Shown piece by piece: positions 36,487-45,235 of a stretch of 64,000 bases of DNA. Position numbers and translations under genes: made by a program. How positions within the stretch are numbered: position 1 is the first letter of the stretch; each line of letters begins with the position of its first letter. The stretch is from Hydrurus foetidus (Eukaryota), in contig UYFQ01000006.1 in assembly GCA_900617105.1 (NCBI GenBank), positions 62,001 through 126,000 of the forward strand, given 5' to 3'. The notes beneath the pieces were generated by a model. The model ran no database searches and had not been told where the DNA came from. It saw only the letters and a list, made by a program, of their open reading frames with translations.

Positions 36487-38454
36487 TTACTCAAACCGCA
36501 GCAAGACTTGGCTGGTGGCGACTTGCTGGCCGACTTCGGCGATGACGGTGGCGACCACGGCATCGCGTGGTGCCGTCAGCGCGTGTTCCAGCTTCATGGA
36601 TTCCAGCGTCAGCAGGGTGTCGCCGCGTGCCACTTTGTCGCCAGGTTTGGCGGCGATGCGGATCACCTTGCCGTTGAAGGGCGCTCTCAATTCCGTAGCT
36701 GCTGACGATTTACCTGCAAGCACCACAGGCTCAAATGACAGGTCTTCCAGCCACAAATCGACGGCATCCACCTGCACATGCCAGCGCTGGTCTGCGGTGC
36801 GGCAGGCGTGGGCGGTGTGGCGCACGCCGTTCAGGGTGATGGCGAGGCCCGCGTCTGGTGACAGCACCAATGCCTCGTGCGTTTGATCGCTCTGCACAAC
36901 CTGCACACGGCCCTGGCCCAGCTCGCGCACGGTGAGGGCCAGCGTGTCCTCGCGGTGGCGCAGGCGCACGGGGCGGCCAAACGGGCTGGGAAGGTGCGCT
37001 GAGACCGGTTTTGAAGCAAAAACAACCGCTACCGCTGCTACCACCAGCACAGCACGCTCCTCTTTGCATAGCACTTCACGCACCGCATCGCCTTGGTGGG
37101 TCAAAAACGGAATCAGCGCCTCGCCTGCTTGAAACTGTGGATGTGCCAGCGTGGCACGCAAAAAGGCCCGGTTGGTGGGCAGGCCCAGCACGCGCAGTTG
37201 CGCCAGCGCGGCACGGAGTTTGGCGATGGCCTGTGCGCGAGTAGGCGCATGGGCGATGAGTTTGCCGAGCATGGAATCGTAAAACGCAGGCACTTCGCCG
37301 CCGCTTTGCAGGGCGTGGTCGATTCGCACACCATCCGCCTGTGCGGGGACAGGGGCTGGAGCAGAAAACGCCTGCACCCGCCCTGAATGCGGCGTGTAGT
37401 TCTCGTCCTCAGCGCACAGCCGCACCTCGATGGCATGGCCGTTGAGGTGAACTTGGTCTTGCGTCAAAGGCAGTAACTCGCCTTGGGCAACACGCAATTG
37501 CCATTCGACCAAATCGAGGCCTGTGAGCATCTCGGTGACGGGATGCTCAACTTGCAGCCGCGTGTTCATCTCCATCAGGTAGAACTCAGTGCCTTCCAGC
37601 AAAAACTCCACCGTCCCCGCGCCGACGTAGCCCGCCGCCAGTGCCAGCTCCACCGCACAAGCGCCCATCCGCTCGCGCAATTCGGCATTGACCGCAGGCG
37701 AAGGGGATTCCTCGATGATCTTTTGGTGCCGCCGCTGCACCGAGCAATCGCGCTCGCCCAGGTGGATGCCGTGACCGTGGGCGTCGGTGAACACCTGCAC
37801 CTCGACGTGGCGGGGTTGCAGCAGGGCGCGTTCGATCAGCAACTCGTCGCTGCCAAAGCCGCTCAGCGCTTCTGATCGGGCGCTTTGCAGGGCGGCGAGC
37901 AACTGTTCAGGCAATGCCACCAAACGCATGCCGCGCCCGCCGCCACCGGCGGTGGCTTTGACCATCACGGGGTAGCCGATGCGTCCGGCTTCAGCGACGA
38001 AACGCTCGTCGGATTGGTCTGCGCCTTGGTAGCCGGGCAGGCAGGGCACGCGGCGGCTGAGGGCGAGTTGTTTGGCGCTGGCTTTGTTGCCCAGGGCGCG
38101 GATGGCGGCGGGTGGCGGGCCAACCCAGGTCAAACCAGCATCCATCACCGCTTGGGCGAAGTCGGCGTTTTCGCTCAAAAACCCGTAGCCAGGGTGGACA
38201 GCATCGGCCCCTGTGGCGAGCGCCGCAGCGATGAGTTTGTCCACGCGCAAGTACGAATCAGCAGAGGAGTTACCCCCCAGCGCGACGGCGGTGGTGGCCT
38301 CGGCAACATGCAAGGCTTGCGCATCGGCATCCGAATACACGGCTACCGTCTCCATGCCCATCACGCGAGCGGTGCGAAGAATGCGGCGGGCGATCTCGCC
38401 ACGGTTGGCAATCAGCAAGCGGTGAATTGATTTGGGGTTGATTAACTTTTTCAT
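36487..38454 (-). CDS. atuF: Geranyl-CoA carboxylase alpha subunit (biotin carboxylase + BCCP), AtuF-like
   Basis: IANRGEIA, HPGYGFLSEN, EMNTRLQVEH, ESMKLE biotinyl lysine; atu context. Confidence 0.8.
   Translation of the reverse strand: MKKLINPKSIHRLLIANRGEIARRILRTARVMGMETVAVYSDADAQALHVAEATTAVALGGNSSADSYLRVDKLIAAALATGADAVHPGYGFLSENADFAQAVMDAGLTWVGPPPAAIRALGNKASAKQLALSRRVPCLPGYQGADQSDERFVAEAGRIGYPVMVKATAGGGGRGMRLVALPEQLLAALQSARSEALSGFGSDELLIERALLQPRHVEVQVFTDAHGHGIHLGERDCSVQRRHQKIIEESPSPAVNAELRERMGACAVELALAAGYVGAGTVEFLLEGTEFYLMEMNTRLQVEHPVTEMLTGLDLVEWQLRVAQGELLPLTQDQVHLNGHAIEVRLCAEDENYTPHSGRVQAFSAPAPVPAQADGVRIDHALQSGGEVPAFYDSMLGKLIAHAPTRAQAIAKLRAALAQLRVLGLPTNRAFLRATLAHPQFQAGEALIPFLTHQGDAVREVLCKEERAVLVVAAVAVVFASKPVSAHLPSPFGRPVRLRHREDTLALTVRELGQGRVQVVQSDQTHEALVLSPDAGLAITLNGVRHTAHACRTADQRWHVQVDAVDLWLEDLSFEPVVLAGKSSAATELRAPFNGKVIRIAAKPGDKVARGDTLLTLESMKLEHALTAPRDAVVATVIAEVGQQVATSQVLLRFE
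36682..36736 (+). repeat. 55-bp coding-embedded motif copy (antisense in atuF)
   Basis: cgctc tcaattccg tagc tgctg acga tttacctgcaa gcac caca ggct caaat. Confidence 0.65.
37019..37073 (-). repeat. 55-bp coding-embedded motif copy (sense in atuF)
   Basis: minus: tgcta tgcaaagag gagc gtgct gtgc tggtggtagca gcgg tagc ggtt gtttt. Confidence 0.7.
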
Positions 38455-38494
38455 AGCAGACTGTGCTTACTGGTCATGCTGGACGGGGCTTTTT
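38440..38494 (+). repeat. 55-bp motif copy spanning atuD stop and atuF start
   Basis: gatta actttttca tagc agact gtgc ttactggtcat gctg gacg gggc ttttt. Confidence 0.65.
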
Positions 38495-39667
38495 GGCAAT
38501 GCCCATGAGTTTGGCCAAAATGCCCAACATCACCTCGTCCGCACCGCCACCGATCGAGCCTAAACGGCCATCGCGGAACATGCGCGAGACTTTGTTTTCC
38601 AGCGTGAAACCCATGCCGCCCCAAAACTGCAAACAGGTGTCAGGCACCACGCGGTTCAAGCGCCCCGCTTTGAGCTTGGCCATGCTGGCCAGCTCCATCA
38701 CATCTTGGCCGCTCACATACAGCTCGCCTGCCCTGTAGGTCAGGGCGCGCAGCGATTCGACTTCGGTTTTCATCTCGGCCAGTTTGAACTGCACCCACTG
38801 CTGGTCGGCCAAGGTGGCACCGAACATCTTGCGCTCTTGCGCCCATTCCACCGTCCACTGGATGCAGTTGGAGAGCGATTGCAGGCAACTGGCCGCCGCC
38901 CACAGGCGCTCTTCCTGGAACTGCTGCATTTGGTAGATGAAGCCTGCGCCTTCCTGGCCGATGCGGTTGCGCTGGGGCACGCGCACCTCGTCAAAATAAA
39001 TCAAGCCGGTGTCGGACGAGTCCATGCCGATTTTGCGGATTTTTTGGGCGACAGAGATACCAGGGAGCAGCTTGCCGCCCTCGCGCATGGGGATCATCAC
39101 CAGCGACTTGTTTTTGTGCTGACTGCTGCCCGCTGCGCTTGAGCCCTCACTCGTGTTGACCAGCATGCACATCCAGTCGGCTTGCAGGCTGTTGGTGATC
39201 CACATTTTTTGCCCGGTGATGACGTAATCGTCGCCGTCTTTGCGGGCGAAGCTTTTGATGCCCGCCACGTCGCTGCCCGCACCGGGCTCGCTCACGCCGA
39301 TGCAGCCCACGGCATCGCCGCTGATGGCGGGGGCGAGGAATTCGCGCTTCAGTTCTTCGCTGCCAAAGCGGGCCAGCGCAGGGGTACACATGTCGGTTTG
39401 CACCCCAATCGCCATCGGTACACCGCCGCAGTGGATTTCACCCAGCGTTTCGGCCATCGCCATGCTGTAGGAATAGTCCAGGCCCGCACCACCGTAAGCC
39501 TCGGGTTTGGTCAGCCCCAGCAACCCCAAATCGCCCAAGCCTTTGAACACCTCGTGCGCCGGGAAGATTTCAGCGGCCTCCCATTCGTCCACATGCGGGT
39601 TGATCTGCTCGTCGATGTAGCGCTTCAGGGTTTTCTGGATTTCGCGGTGTTCGTGGGTGAAGTTCAT
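38474..39667 (-). CDS. atuD: Citronellyl-CoA dehydrogenase AtuD-like
   Basis: GVQTDMCTPAL, GVSEPGAGSDVA, QMQQFQEERL, SIGGGADEVML. Confidence 0.85.
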   Translation of the reverse strand: MNFTHEHREIQKTLKRYIDEQINPHVDEWEAAEIFPAHEVFKGLGDLGLLGLTKPEAYGGAGLDYSYSMAMAETLGEIHCGGVPMAIGVQTDMCTPALARFGSEELKREFLAPAISGDAVGCIGVSEPGAGSDVAGIKSFARKDGDDYVITGQKMWITNSLQADWMCMLVNTSEGSSAAGSSQHKNKSLVMIPMREGGKLLPGISVAQKIRKIGMDSSDTGLIYFDEVRVPQRNRIGQEGAGFIYQMQQFQEERLWAAASCLQSLSNCIQWTVEWAQERKMFGATLADQQWVQFKLAEMKTEVESLRALTYRAGELYVSGQDVMELASMAKLKAGRLNRVVPDTCLQFWGGMGFTLENKVSRMFRDGRLGSIGGGADEVMLGILAKLMGIAKKPRPA

Positions 39668-39704
39668 GGTGTTGTCTCCGGTTGGTTAGTTGGTGTTGGG
39701 GTCT

Positions 39705-41399
39705 CTACATCCGTGCCACGCCAAACTGCATGGGATGCAGTTCGCGCTCGGCGGCCTCTGCGCACAGGCTCAAGCACTGCGCCAGCACAGCGCGGGTATC
39801 ACGCGGGTCGATCACGCCATCGTCGAGCAACAGGCCGCTGGTGTAGAACGCATCGGCTTGCGACTCGAACACGCTGACGATCTTGTCGAACTGGGCTTGC
39901 GATGCGGCTGGATCAGGCGTAATCCCTTTGCGTGCCATCGCCGCCTCGGTGACGATTTGCATGGTGCGGGCTGCTTGCTCGCCGCCCATCACCGCCGTTT
40001 TGGCATTGGGCCAGCTGAACAGGAAACGCGGCGCGTAGCCCCGTCCGCACATGCCGTAGTTGCCCGCACCGAAGCTGGCCCCGCACTGCACGGTGATTTG
40101 CGGCACGGTGGCGCTGGTGACGGCCTGGATCATCTTGCTGCCATGCTTGATCATCCCGCCCTGCTCGCTCTCTTTGCCCACCATGTAGCCGGTGGTGTTT
40201 TGCAGGTAAATGATGGGCTGGCCGAGTTGGCATTGGCGCTGGATGAAGTGGGTGGCTTTGTTGGCACCAGCTACATCAATTGGGCCGTTGTTCGATATGA
40301 AACCGATAGCATATCCCGCAATACTGGCCTGCACGCAAAGGGTTTGGGGGCCGTAGAGGGGTTTGAATTCGAGCAGGTCAGAGTCGTCAGCCAGACGGGC
40401 CATGATTTCGCGCATGTCGATGGGTTCGCGCAGCGTTTCGGGCATGAGGGCAAGCAGGTCTTCGGCGGGGTAGCAGGGTAGGGTGCAGTCCGCAAAAGCG
40501 GGGTCAGAGCCCCAATGCGTGAACGCTCGTGAAGCTTCATTGCTGGCTGCGTGCGCAATGGGGATCTGACCCCGTTTTTGCTGCACCTGTGGCCAATCCA
40601 GCCGTGCCACCACTTCGCGGGCGATGCCCAACGCTTGACGGTCATCCTCAGCGAGGTATTCACCCAGACCCGACAAGCTGGTGTGCATCTCCGCGCCGCC
40701 CAGTTCTTCTTCTGTGGCGACTTCCCCTGTCGCCGCCATCAGCAGCGGCGGGCCAGCGAGGAAGGCGCGGGAGCGGTTGCGCACCATGATGACCACATCA
40801 CTCAGACCCGGCATGTACGCGCCACCGGCGGTGCCAGACCCATGCTGCACGGTGATGACGGGGATGCCCGCCGCAGACAGCCGTGCCAAATTGCGGAACA
40901 GCGCACCGCCGTGCACAAAGCCTTCCACCCGATAACGCATCAGGTTGGCCCCAGCGCTTTCCACCAGATGGACGAAAGGCAGTTTGTTGGCCAAGGCCAG
41001 CTCTTGGACGCGCAAAATTTTGTCCAGCCCCATCGCCTGGATGGAACCGGCTTCAATGCCCGAATCACTGGCGACCACCATGCAGCGCACACCACTGATC
41101 CAGCCGATACCGGCGATCACCCCACCACCGGGCACCGACTGCGCGGGGTCTTTGTGGTCTTGGGCGTAGCCCGCAATCGCGCACAGCGGCAAATACGGCT
41201 GGCCGGGGTCCAGCAGCAGCGCCACCCGCTCGCGGGGCAGCAACTGACCGCGTTTGTCGAACACGGGTTTGGACTTGGCCGAGGCTTGCGCGGCGCGGTC
41301 TTCAAGGGCACGCAGTTGCGCAAGACGGGCCAGCATGGCCTCGCGGCGCTGGGCGGCGAGCGGGCTTTGGGCGTTCCAGGAGGAAGCAAAAACAGTCAT
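39705..41399 (-). CDS. atuC: Geranyl-CoA carboxylase beta subunit AtuC-like
   Basis: VESAGANL, TAGGAYMPGLSD, GASFGAGNYGMCGR, DDGVIDPRDTR. Confidence 0.85.
   Translation of the reverse strand: MTVFASSWNAQSPLAAQRREAMLARLAQLRALEDRAAQASAKSKPVFDKRGQLLPRERVALLLDPGQPYLPLCAIAGYAQDHKDPAQSVPGGGVIAGIGWISGVRCMVVASDSGIEAGSIQAMGLDKILRVQELALANKLPFVHLVESAGANLMRYRVEGFVHGGALFRNLARLSAAGIPVITVQHGSGTAGGAYMPGLSDVVIMVRNRSRAFLAGPPLLMAATGEVATEEELGGAEMHTSLSGLGEYLAEDDRQALGIAREVVARLDWPQVQQKRGQIPIAHAASNEASRAFTHWGSDPAFADCTLPCYPAEDLLALMPETLREPIDMREIMARLADDSDLLEFKPLYGPQTLCVQASIAGYAIGFISNNGPIDVAGANKATHFIQRQCQLGQPIIYLQNTTGYMVGKESEQGGMIKHGSKMIQAVTSATVPQITVQCGASFGAGNYGMCGRGYAPRFLFSWPNAKTAVMGGEQAARTMQIVTEAAMARKGITPDPAASQAQFDKIVSVFESQADAFYTSGLLLDDGVIDPRDTRAVLAQCLSLCAEAAERELHPMQFGVARM
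40293..40347 (+). repeat. 55-bp coding-embedded motif copy (antisense in atuC)
   Basis: cgata tgaaaccga tagc atatc ccgc aatactggcct gcac gcaa aggg tttgg. Confidence 0.55.
40492..40581. repeat. 90-bp GGGGTCAGA/TCTGACCCC palindromic element in frame in atuC
   Basis: 28-bp arms 40492-40519 and 40554-40581 with 3 mismatches; length is a multiple of 3. Confidence 0.8.
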
Positions 41400-41414
41400 T
41401 TTTCAACCCTACCG

Positions 41415-42344
41415 TTACTGGGAAAAAACTTTGGGCACAACAGCCCGGTGGAAGCCCTCAAACGGCTTCACCGCTTCCCGCGTCTGCACAGCGGCCTTGG
41501 CGGTGAACTCGCCCCAGCCCATGCGCACCTGGGGCCGTGCGCCGTCCACCCGCAGCACGCTGCCGCTGATGAAGGACGCAGCGGGGCTGAGCAAAAACAC
41601 AATCGCCGCCGATGTTTCAGCCTCGTTGCCAAAGCGCCCCAGCGGCACGGTGTCTTTCATTTGGCGCAAGCGCTCGCCCATCTCCGGCGGGTAATGGTCC
41701 ATGCCGCTGGAGGCGATGTAGCCGGGGGCCACGGCGTTGACGCGCACCCCGGCTTTGGCCCATTCCAGCGCCGCCGTCTCGGTGAAACTCACCATGCCCG
41801 CCCGCGCCGCCCCGCTGTGGCCCATGCCGGGCATCGAGCCCCACATATCAGCCACGATGTTGACGATGGCCCCGCCGCGCTCGCGCATGGCCTGTACATA
41901 GCATTCACGCGCCATCAAAAACCCGCCAGTCAGATTGGTGTGTACCACCGCATCCCAACCCTTGGCGCTGATGGCTTCCAGCGGTGTCATGTACTGGCCG
42001 CCCGCGTTGTTGACCAGCCCGTCAATGCGGCCCTGTGCGGCGACGATGGCGGCGATGGTCTGCTTCACAGCGTCTTCTTGTCGGATGTCGCAGGTGTGAA
42101 AACTCACTGTGCCGCCAGCTTCCAGACTGTCAGCCGCGATCTCGGCAGCGGTGATTTGAAGCTTTTCCAAGTTACGCCCCACCAGCACCACATGGGCACC
42201 CAGTGCGGCCAACTCGTGCGCGGTGCAACGCCCAATGCCTGAGCCGCCACCGGTGACGATGATGACTTTGCCTGCCAACAGGCCGGGCGTGAAAATTGAG
42301 CGATAAGCGGAGCGGTCGTGTGATGAAGCTGTTGAGGTGGTCAT
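41415..42344 (-). CDS. atuB: SDR oxidoreductase AtuB-like
   Basis: TGGGSGIG, NNAGGQY, HSGAARAG; start ATG 42344 coupled to TetR stop. Confidence 0.85.
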   Translation of the reverse strand: MTTSTASSHDRSAYRSIFTPGLLAGKVIIVTGGGSGIGRCTAHELAALGAHVVLVGRNLEKLQITAAEIAADSLEAGGTVSFHTCDIRQEDAVKQTIAAIVAAQGRIDGLVNNAGGQYMTPLEAISAKGWDAVVHTNLTGGFLMARECYVQAMRERGGAIVNIVADMWGSMPGMGHSGAARAGMVSFTETAALEWAKAGVRVNAVAPGYIASSGMDHYPPEMGERLRQMKDTVPLGRFGNEAETSAAIVFLLSPAASFISGSVLRVDGARPQVRMGWGEFTAKAAVQTREAVKPFEGFHRAVVPKVFSQ

Positions 42345-43099
42345 GCGGTGTCCTTGTTCAAAAAAAGCGCGATAGCGGCGGTGGTCAAGTCGTCCAGCGA
42401 TGCCCCGCCTTGGGTGACTTTGCGCGGGTCGTACCACTGCGCCGTCCAGTTCAACGCACCAAAAATCATCAGTCGAGCCAGTTTGACCTCGCAGCCCAAA
42501 CGCCCTGCGGCATGGAGGGCCAGCAGCACCGGCGTCCACACGGCTTCGTACTCGTCTTTGATGAGGGTGATTTGCTTGCGCTGGCGCGGGTTGAGGCTGC
42601 GCCACTCGTACAGCATCACGGGGATGAAGTCCGCATCGGGGCCCAGCAAAATGTCAAGATGGTTGCGCACCAGTACCGTAAAAAGTGCTTCTTGTGTAGT
42701 TTGGACAGGTGTTGGCAGCTGCGAATTCAATAGCAGTGGAGCTGCCGAATTCAGCGCGTCAAGGGCCGTACTCTGGCGTGCGATGGCAGCCCGCATGCCC
42801 TCTTCCATCACCGCAAACAGCAGATCACCTTTGCTTTTGAAGTGGTAGAACGGCGAGCCACTGTGCATGCCCACCGCTGCGGCAATGTCGCGCGTGGTGG
42901 TGGCATCAAAACCCTGGGTACGGAACAGCTTGGCCGCAGCGCTCAGCAGCGCTTGGCGGCGGTTGCCATCATCACGCTCGTCAGACGTTTTAGGCGGGCG
43001 GCCACGGGGGCGTTTAGGCGGCGCAACAGCCGGGTCAGCGCCTTCAAGGGGGCGCTGTGCGATGTATGACGCTGAGTAAGGCGTGCTGAAGGTGTCCAT
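42341..43099 (-). CDS. atuR: TetR-family regulator AtuR-like
   Basis: TTTRDIAAAVGMHSGSPFYHFKSK, LYEWRSL, GALNWTAQWY. Confidence 0.85.
   Translation of the reverse strand: MDTFSTPYSASYIAQRPLEGADPAVAPPKRPRGRPPKTSDERDDGNRRQALLSAAAKLFRTQGFDATTTRDIAAAVGMHSGSPFYHFKSKGDLLFAVMEEGMRAAIARQSTALDALNSAAPLLLNSQLPTPVQTTQEALFTVLVRNHLDILLGPDADFIPVMLYEWRSLNPRQRKQITLIKDEYEAVWTPVLLALHAAGRLGCEVKLARLMIFGALNWTAQWYDPRKVTQGGASLDDLTTAAIALFLNKDTA
42681..42735 (-). repeat. 55-bp coding-embedded motif copy (sense in atuR)
   Basis: minus: tgcta ttgaattcg cagc tgcca acac ctgtccaaact acac aaga agca ctttt. Confidence 0.65.
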
Positions 43100-43131
43100 G
43101 ACGGTGGACGATAACAAAGGTTTTTATTTTT

Positions 43132-43145
43132 AGCAAGCGTTTGCT
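43132..43145. promoter_or_regulatory. Putative TetR/AtuR operator palindrome
   Basis: AGCAA-GCGT-TTGCT in AT-rich DNA ~35 bp upstream of atuR. Confidence 0.6.
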
Positions 43146-43245
43146 TTTTAAAAATAATTTGTTCGAAAAATGAGCCCTTTCGAGCCTGAACTGCCTATGT
43201 TGTTTTTGATTACAAAAGCACCGGAATGTGACATTCAATGAGGAC

Positions 43246-43277
43246 TTGACATTAGAGCTTACTCAAAGGTTGAAACT
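43246..43277 (+). promoter_or_regulatory. MerR-type promoter with long spacer and dyad
   Basis: TTGACA, dyad ACaTTaGAG-ctta-CTCaAAgGT, -10-like GAAACT at ~20 bp. Confidence 0.6.
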
Positions 43278-43310
43278 CGCCATTTACCTTTATCACTCCG
43301 GAACATTTCA

Positions 43311-43742
43311 ATGAAGCCTTCTCAATTTCTCAGCATCGTTCGTGCAAGCGGGTGGTATGACCTTATCGTCACATGGCTGTTTGCCACACCGTGGACTTTT
43401 GTATGGGTCTACGGCAGTCTGGTGGCAGCGGCCCAATCCCTGGGGCTGCCTGGAACAATGCACCCACTGGATGCGTCGCACATTCTGTTTGCCAACCTCT
43501 TGGGTTCTGTCGTTGTCGTGTGGTCTCTGGCACGTCTGCTAAAGCCGAGCATTCAGTTGGGGCGTTTAGACGCTGCTGCACGATTTCTGTTCGCTGCGTG
43601 GCAAATCAATGCTGTTCTGTCAGGGGTGAATGCCATCGTGCTGGCATTCACCTTGTTTGAAGTGATTTTTGGCGTTCTACAGCTTTGGCCTGTTCAGCAG
43701 CCCACGGCATCACTGCACCCGGACGAAGCCCGCAATCACTGA
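43311..43742 (+). CDS. Small four-TM membrane protein
   Basis: YDLIVTWLFATPW, ANLLGSVVVVWS; downstream of MerR-type promoter. Confidence 0.8.
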   Translation: MKPSQFLSIVRASGWYDLIVTWLFATPWTFVWVYGSLVAAAQSLGLPGTMHPLDASHILFANLLGSVVVVWSLARLLKPSIQLGRLDAAARFLFAAWQINAVLSGVNAIVLAFTLFEVIFGVLQLWPVQQPTASLHPDEARNH

Positions 43743-44191
43743 GACTTACCGCCAGATTGGCCAAAGGCTGTGCGCACCACAGCCAAGCCCGCACCACTGC
43801 TGGCAACGAGGGGTGTGCCCTGCATGGGGGACAGCACCTGGCCAGGTGCGCAGGTCAGCGATGAAAAAGTGGCTTTCAGTTCTTTTTTAAGCCCCTGCAA
43901 CTGTCGAATTTGCATATCGATCTGGATCATCTTGGCTTGAAGCTGTTGCTCTATGGCGGTACGGTCAACATTGCCTTGCGCAAATTGGGGAAGGATGGCG
44001 CGAATTTCGTTCAGCGAAAAACCTAAGCTCTGCGCACCACGCACAAAACGCAGCCGGTCAACATGGTCTTGCGTGTAGGTGCGATAGCCGTTTTCCTGCC
44101 GCTGAGGCGCATCCAATAGACCTTGTTTTTCGTAGTAACGCACGGTATCGGTCGTCACGTTATGGGCCTTGGCCAGATTACTGATGTTCAT
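43736..44191 (-). CDS. MerR-family regulator
   Basis: MNISNLAK...TVRYYEKQGLL, NGYRTY, LGFSLNEI; start ATG 44191. Confidence 0.9.
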   Translation of the reverse strand: MNISNLAKAHNVTTDTVRYYEKQGLLDAPQRQENGYRTYTQDHVDRLRFVRGAQSLGFSLNEIRAILPQFAQGNVDRTAIEQQLQAKMIQIDMQIRQLQGLKKELKATFSSLTCAPGQVLSPMQGTPLVASSGAGLAVVRTAFGQSGGKSQ

Positions 44192-44407
44192 TGCAAGCCA
44201 TCGGAAGTTTGAGGGGGGCGGCCACGAGGGCGTTGGCGGTTTCAAGCTCGAAGTACAACCGGTTGATTGTGCAGCAGTCGGCCGATGCGGTGACCATCGT
44301 CCATCCAGAGCAAGCAGGCCGGGGGCAACGCACCTTTGCTCTGGCTGCCCCAACACTGCGGCGCACATGGCGCAAATGCAAATAACCCAGGTGTCGTGAA
44401 AATAAGC

Positions 44408-44436
44408 GGAACGTGCCGGGCGCCCGCTCCATCTAA
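44408..44436 (+). promoter_or_regulatory. ECF sigma promoter (autoregulatory)
   Basis: GGAAC-N17-CATCTAA immediately upstream of the ECF gene. Confidence 0.65.
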
Positions 44437-44451
44437 TGCTCAGGAACACAC

Positions 44452-45165
44452 ATGAACACATCCAACCTTGCCACCACCCACCGATTCGAGCCCGTGAGCG
44501 ACAGCAGCACCGATGCCGAGTTGGTAGGTCTGTCGATTGCGGGCAACGATGCAGCCTTCGCCCTGATCATGCGCCGCCACAACCGGTTGCTGTTTCGCAG
44601 CGCGCGCAGCATTTTGAAAAACGACGACGACACCCAAGACGCCGTGCAAGAGGCTTATCTCAAAGCCTGGCGTGCACTGCCCAGTTTTAAGGCGGAGTCC
44701 AAGCTGTCCACCTGGCTGGTGCGCATTACGGTGAATGAGGCTTTGGGCCGGGTGCGCAAAAACGGCTCCAGCGTAGTGCCACTGAACGCCACCGTTGCGA
44801 TGGATGGCGAAACACCGGAGGTGCACATGCCTGCCAACCCCGACGAACAACCCGACTCCACAGCCATGCGTGCCCAGGTGCGCCAGCAAATAGAAGCACG
44901 CATTGACACTCTACCCGACCAGTTCCGCACGGTGTTCATGCTGCGCGGGGTGGAAGAACTCACCGTAGAAGAAACCGCTGTGGCACTGGACATACCCGAG
45001 GCCACCGTGCGTTCACGCTTCTTCAGGGCGCGCGGCATTTTGCGTGAAGGCCTATCGCACGACATTGACATGGCCATGGCCGATGCCTTTTCTTTCGCCG
45101 GCCCACGCTGCGACAAGATTGTGGCGGGCGTACTGGCCACCCTTTCTCAGGAGCGCCACACCTAG
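44452..45165 (+). CDS. ECF sigma factor with C-terminal RCD extension (ECF29-like)
   Basis: DAVQEAYLKAW, STWLVRI, TVRSRFFRAR; tail FAGPRCDKIV; no anti-sigma adjacent. Confidence 0.88.
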   Translation: MNTSNLATTHRFEPVSDSSTDAELVGLSIAGNDAAFALIMRRHNRLLFRSARSILKNDDDTQDAVQEAYLKAWRALPSFKAESKLSTWLVRITVNEALGRVRKNGSSVVPLNATVAMDGETPEVHMPANPDEQPDSTAMRAQVRQQIEARIDTLPDQFRTVFMLRGVEELTVEETAVALDIPEATVRSRFFRARGILREGLSHDIDMAMADAFSFAGPRCDKIVAGVLATLSQERHT

Positions 45166-45181
45166 GCCTTCTGGTTTGCCC

Positions 45182-45209
45182 GGGTCGCCTGGCGGTGATC
45201 CTTTTCTTT
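45182..45209 (+). terminator. Putative intrinsic terminator between ECF and ferritin-like gene
   Basis: gggtcgcc-tggc-ggtgatcc (two GU pairs) + TTTTCTTT. Confidence 0.45.
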
Positions 45210-45235
45210 CCTTCGCTTTTTCATTGGAGTTTGAT

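Noticed and set aside
44191..44400. Short ORFs between merR and the ECF gene
   Set aside because: No RBS or convincing family motif; probably non-coding or unidentifiable debris
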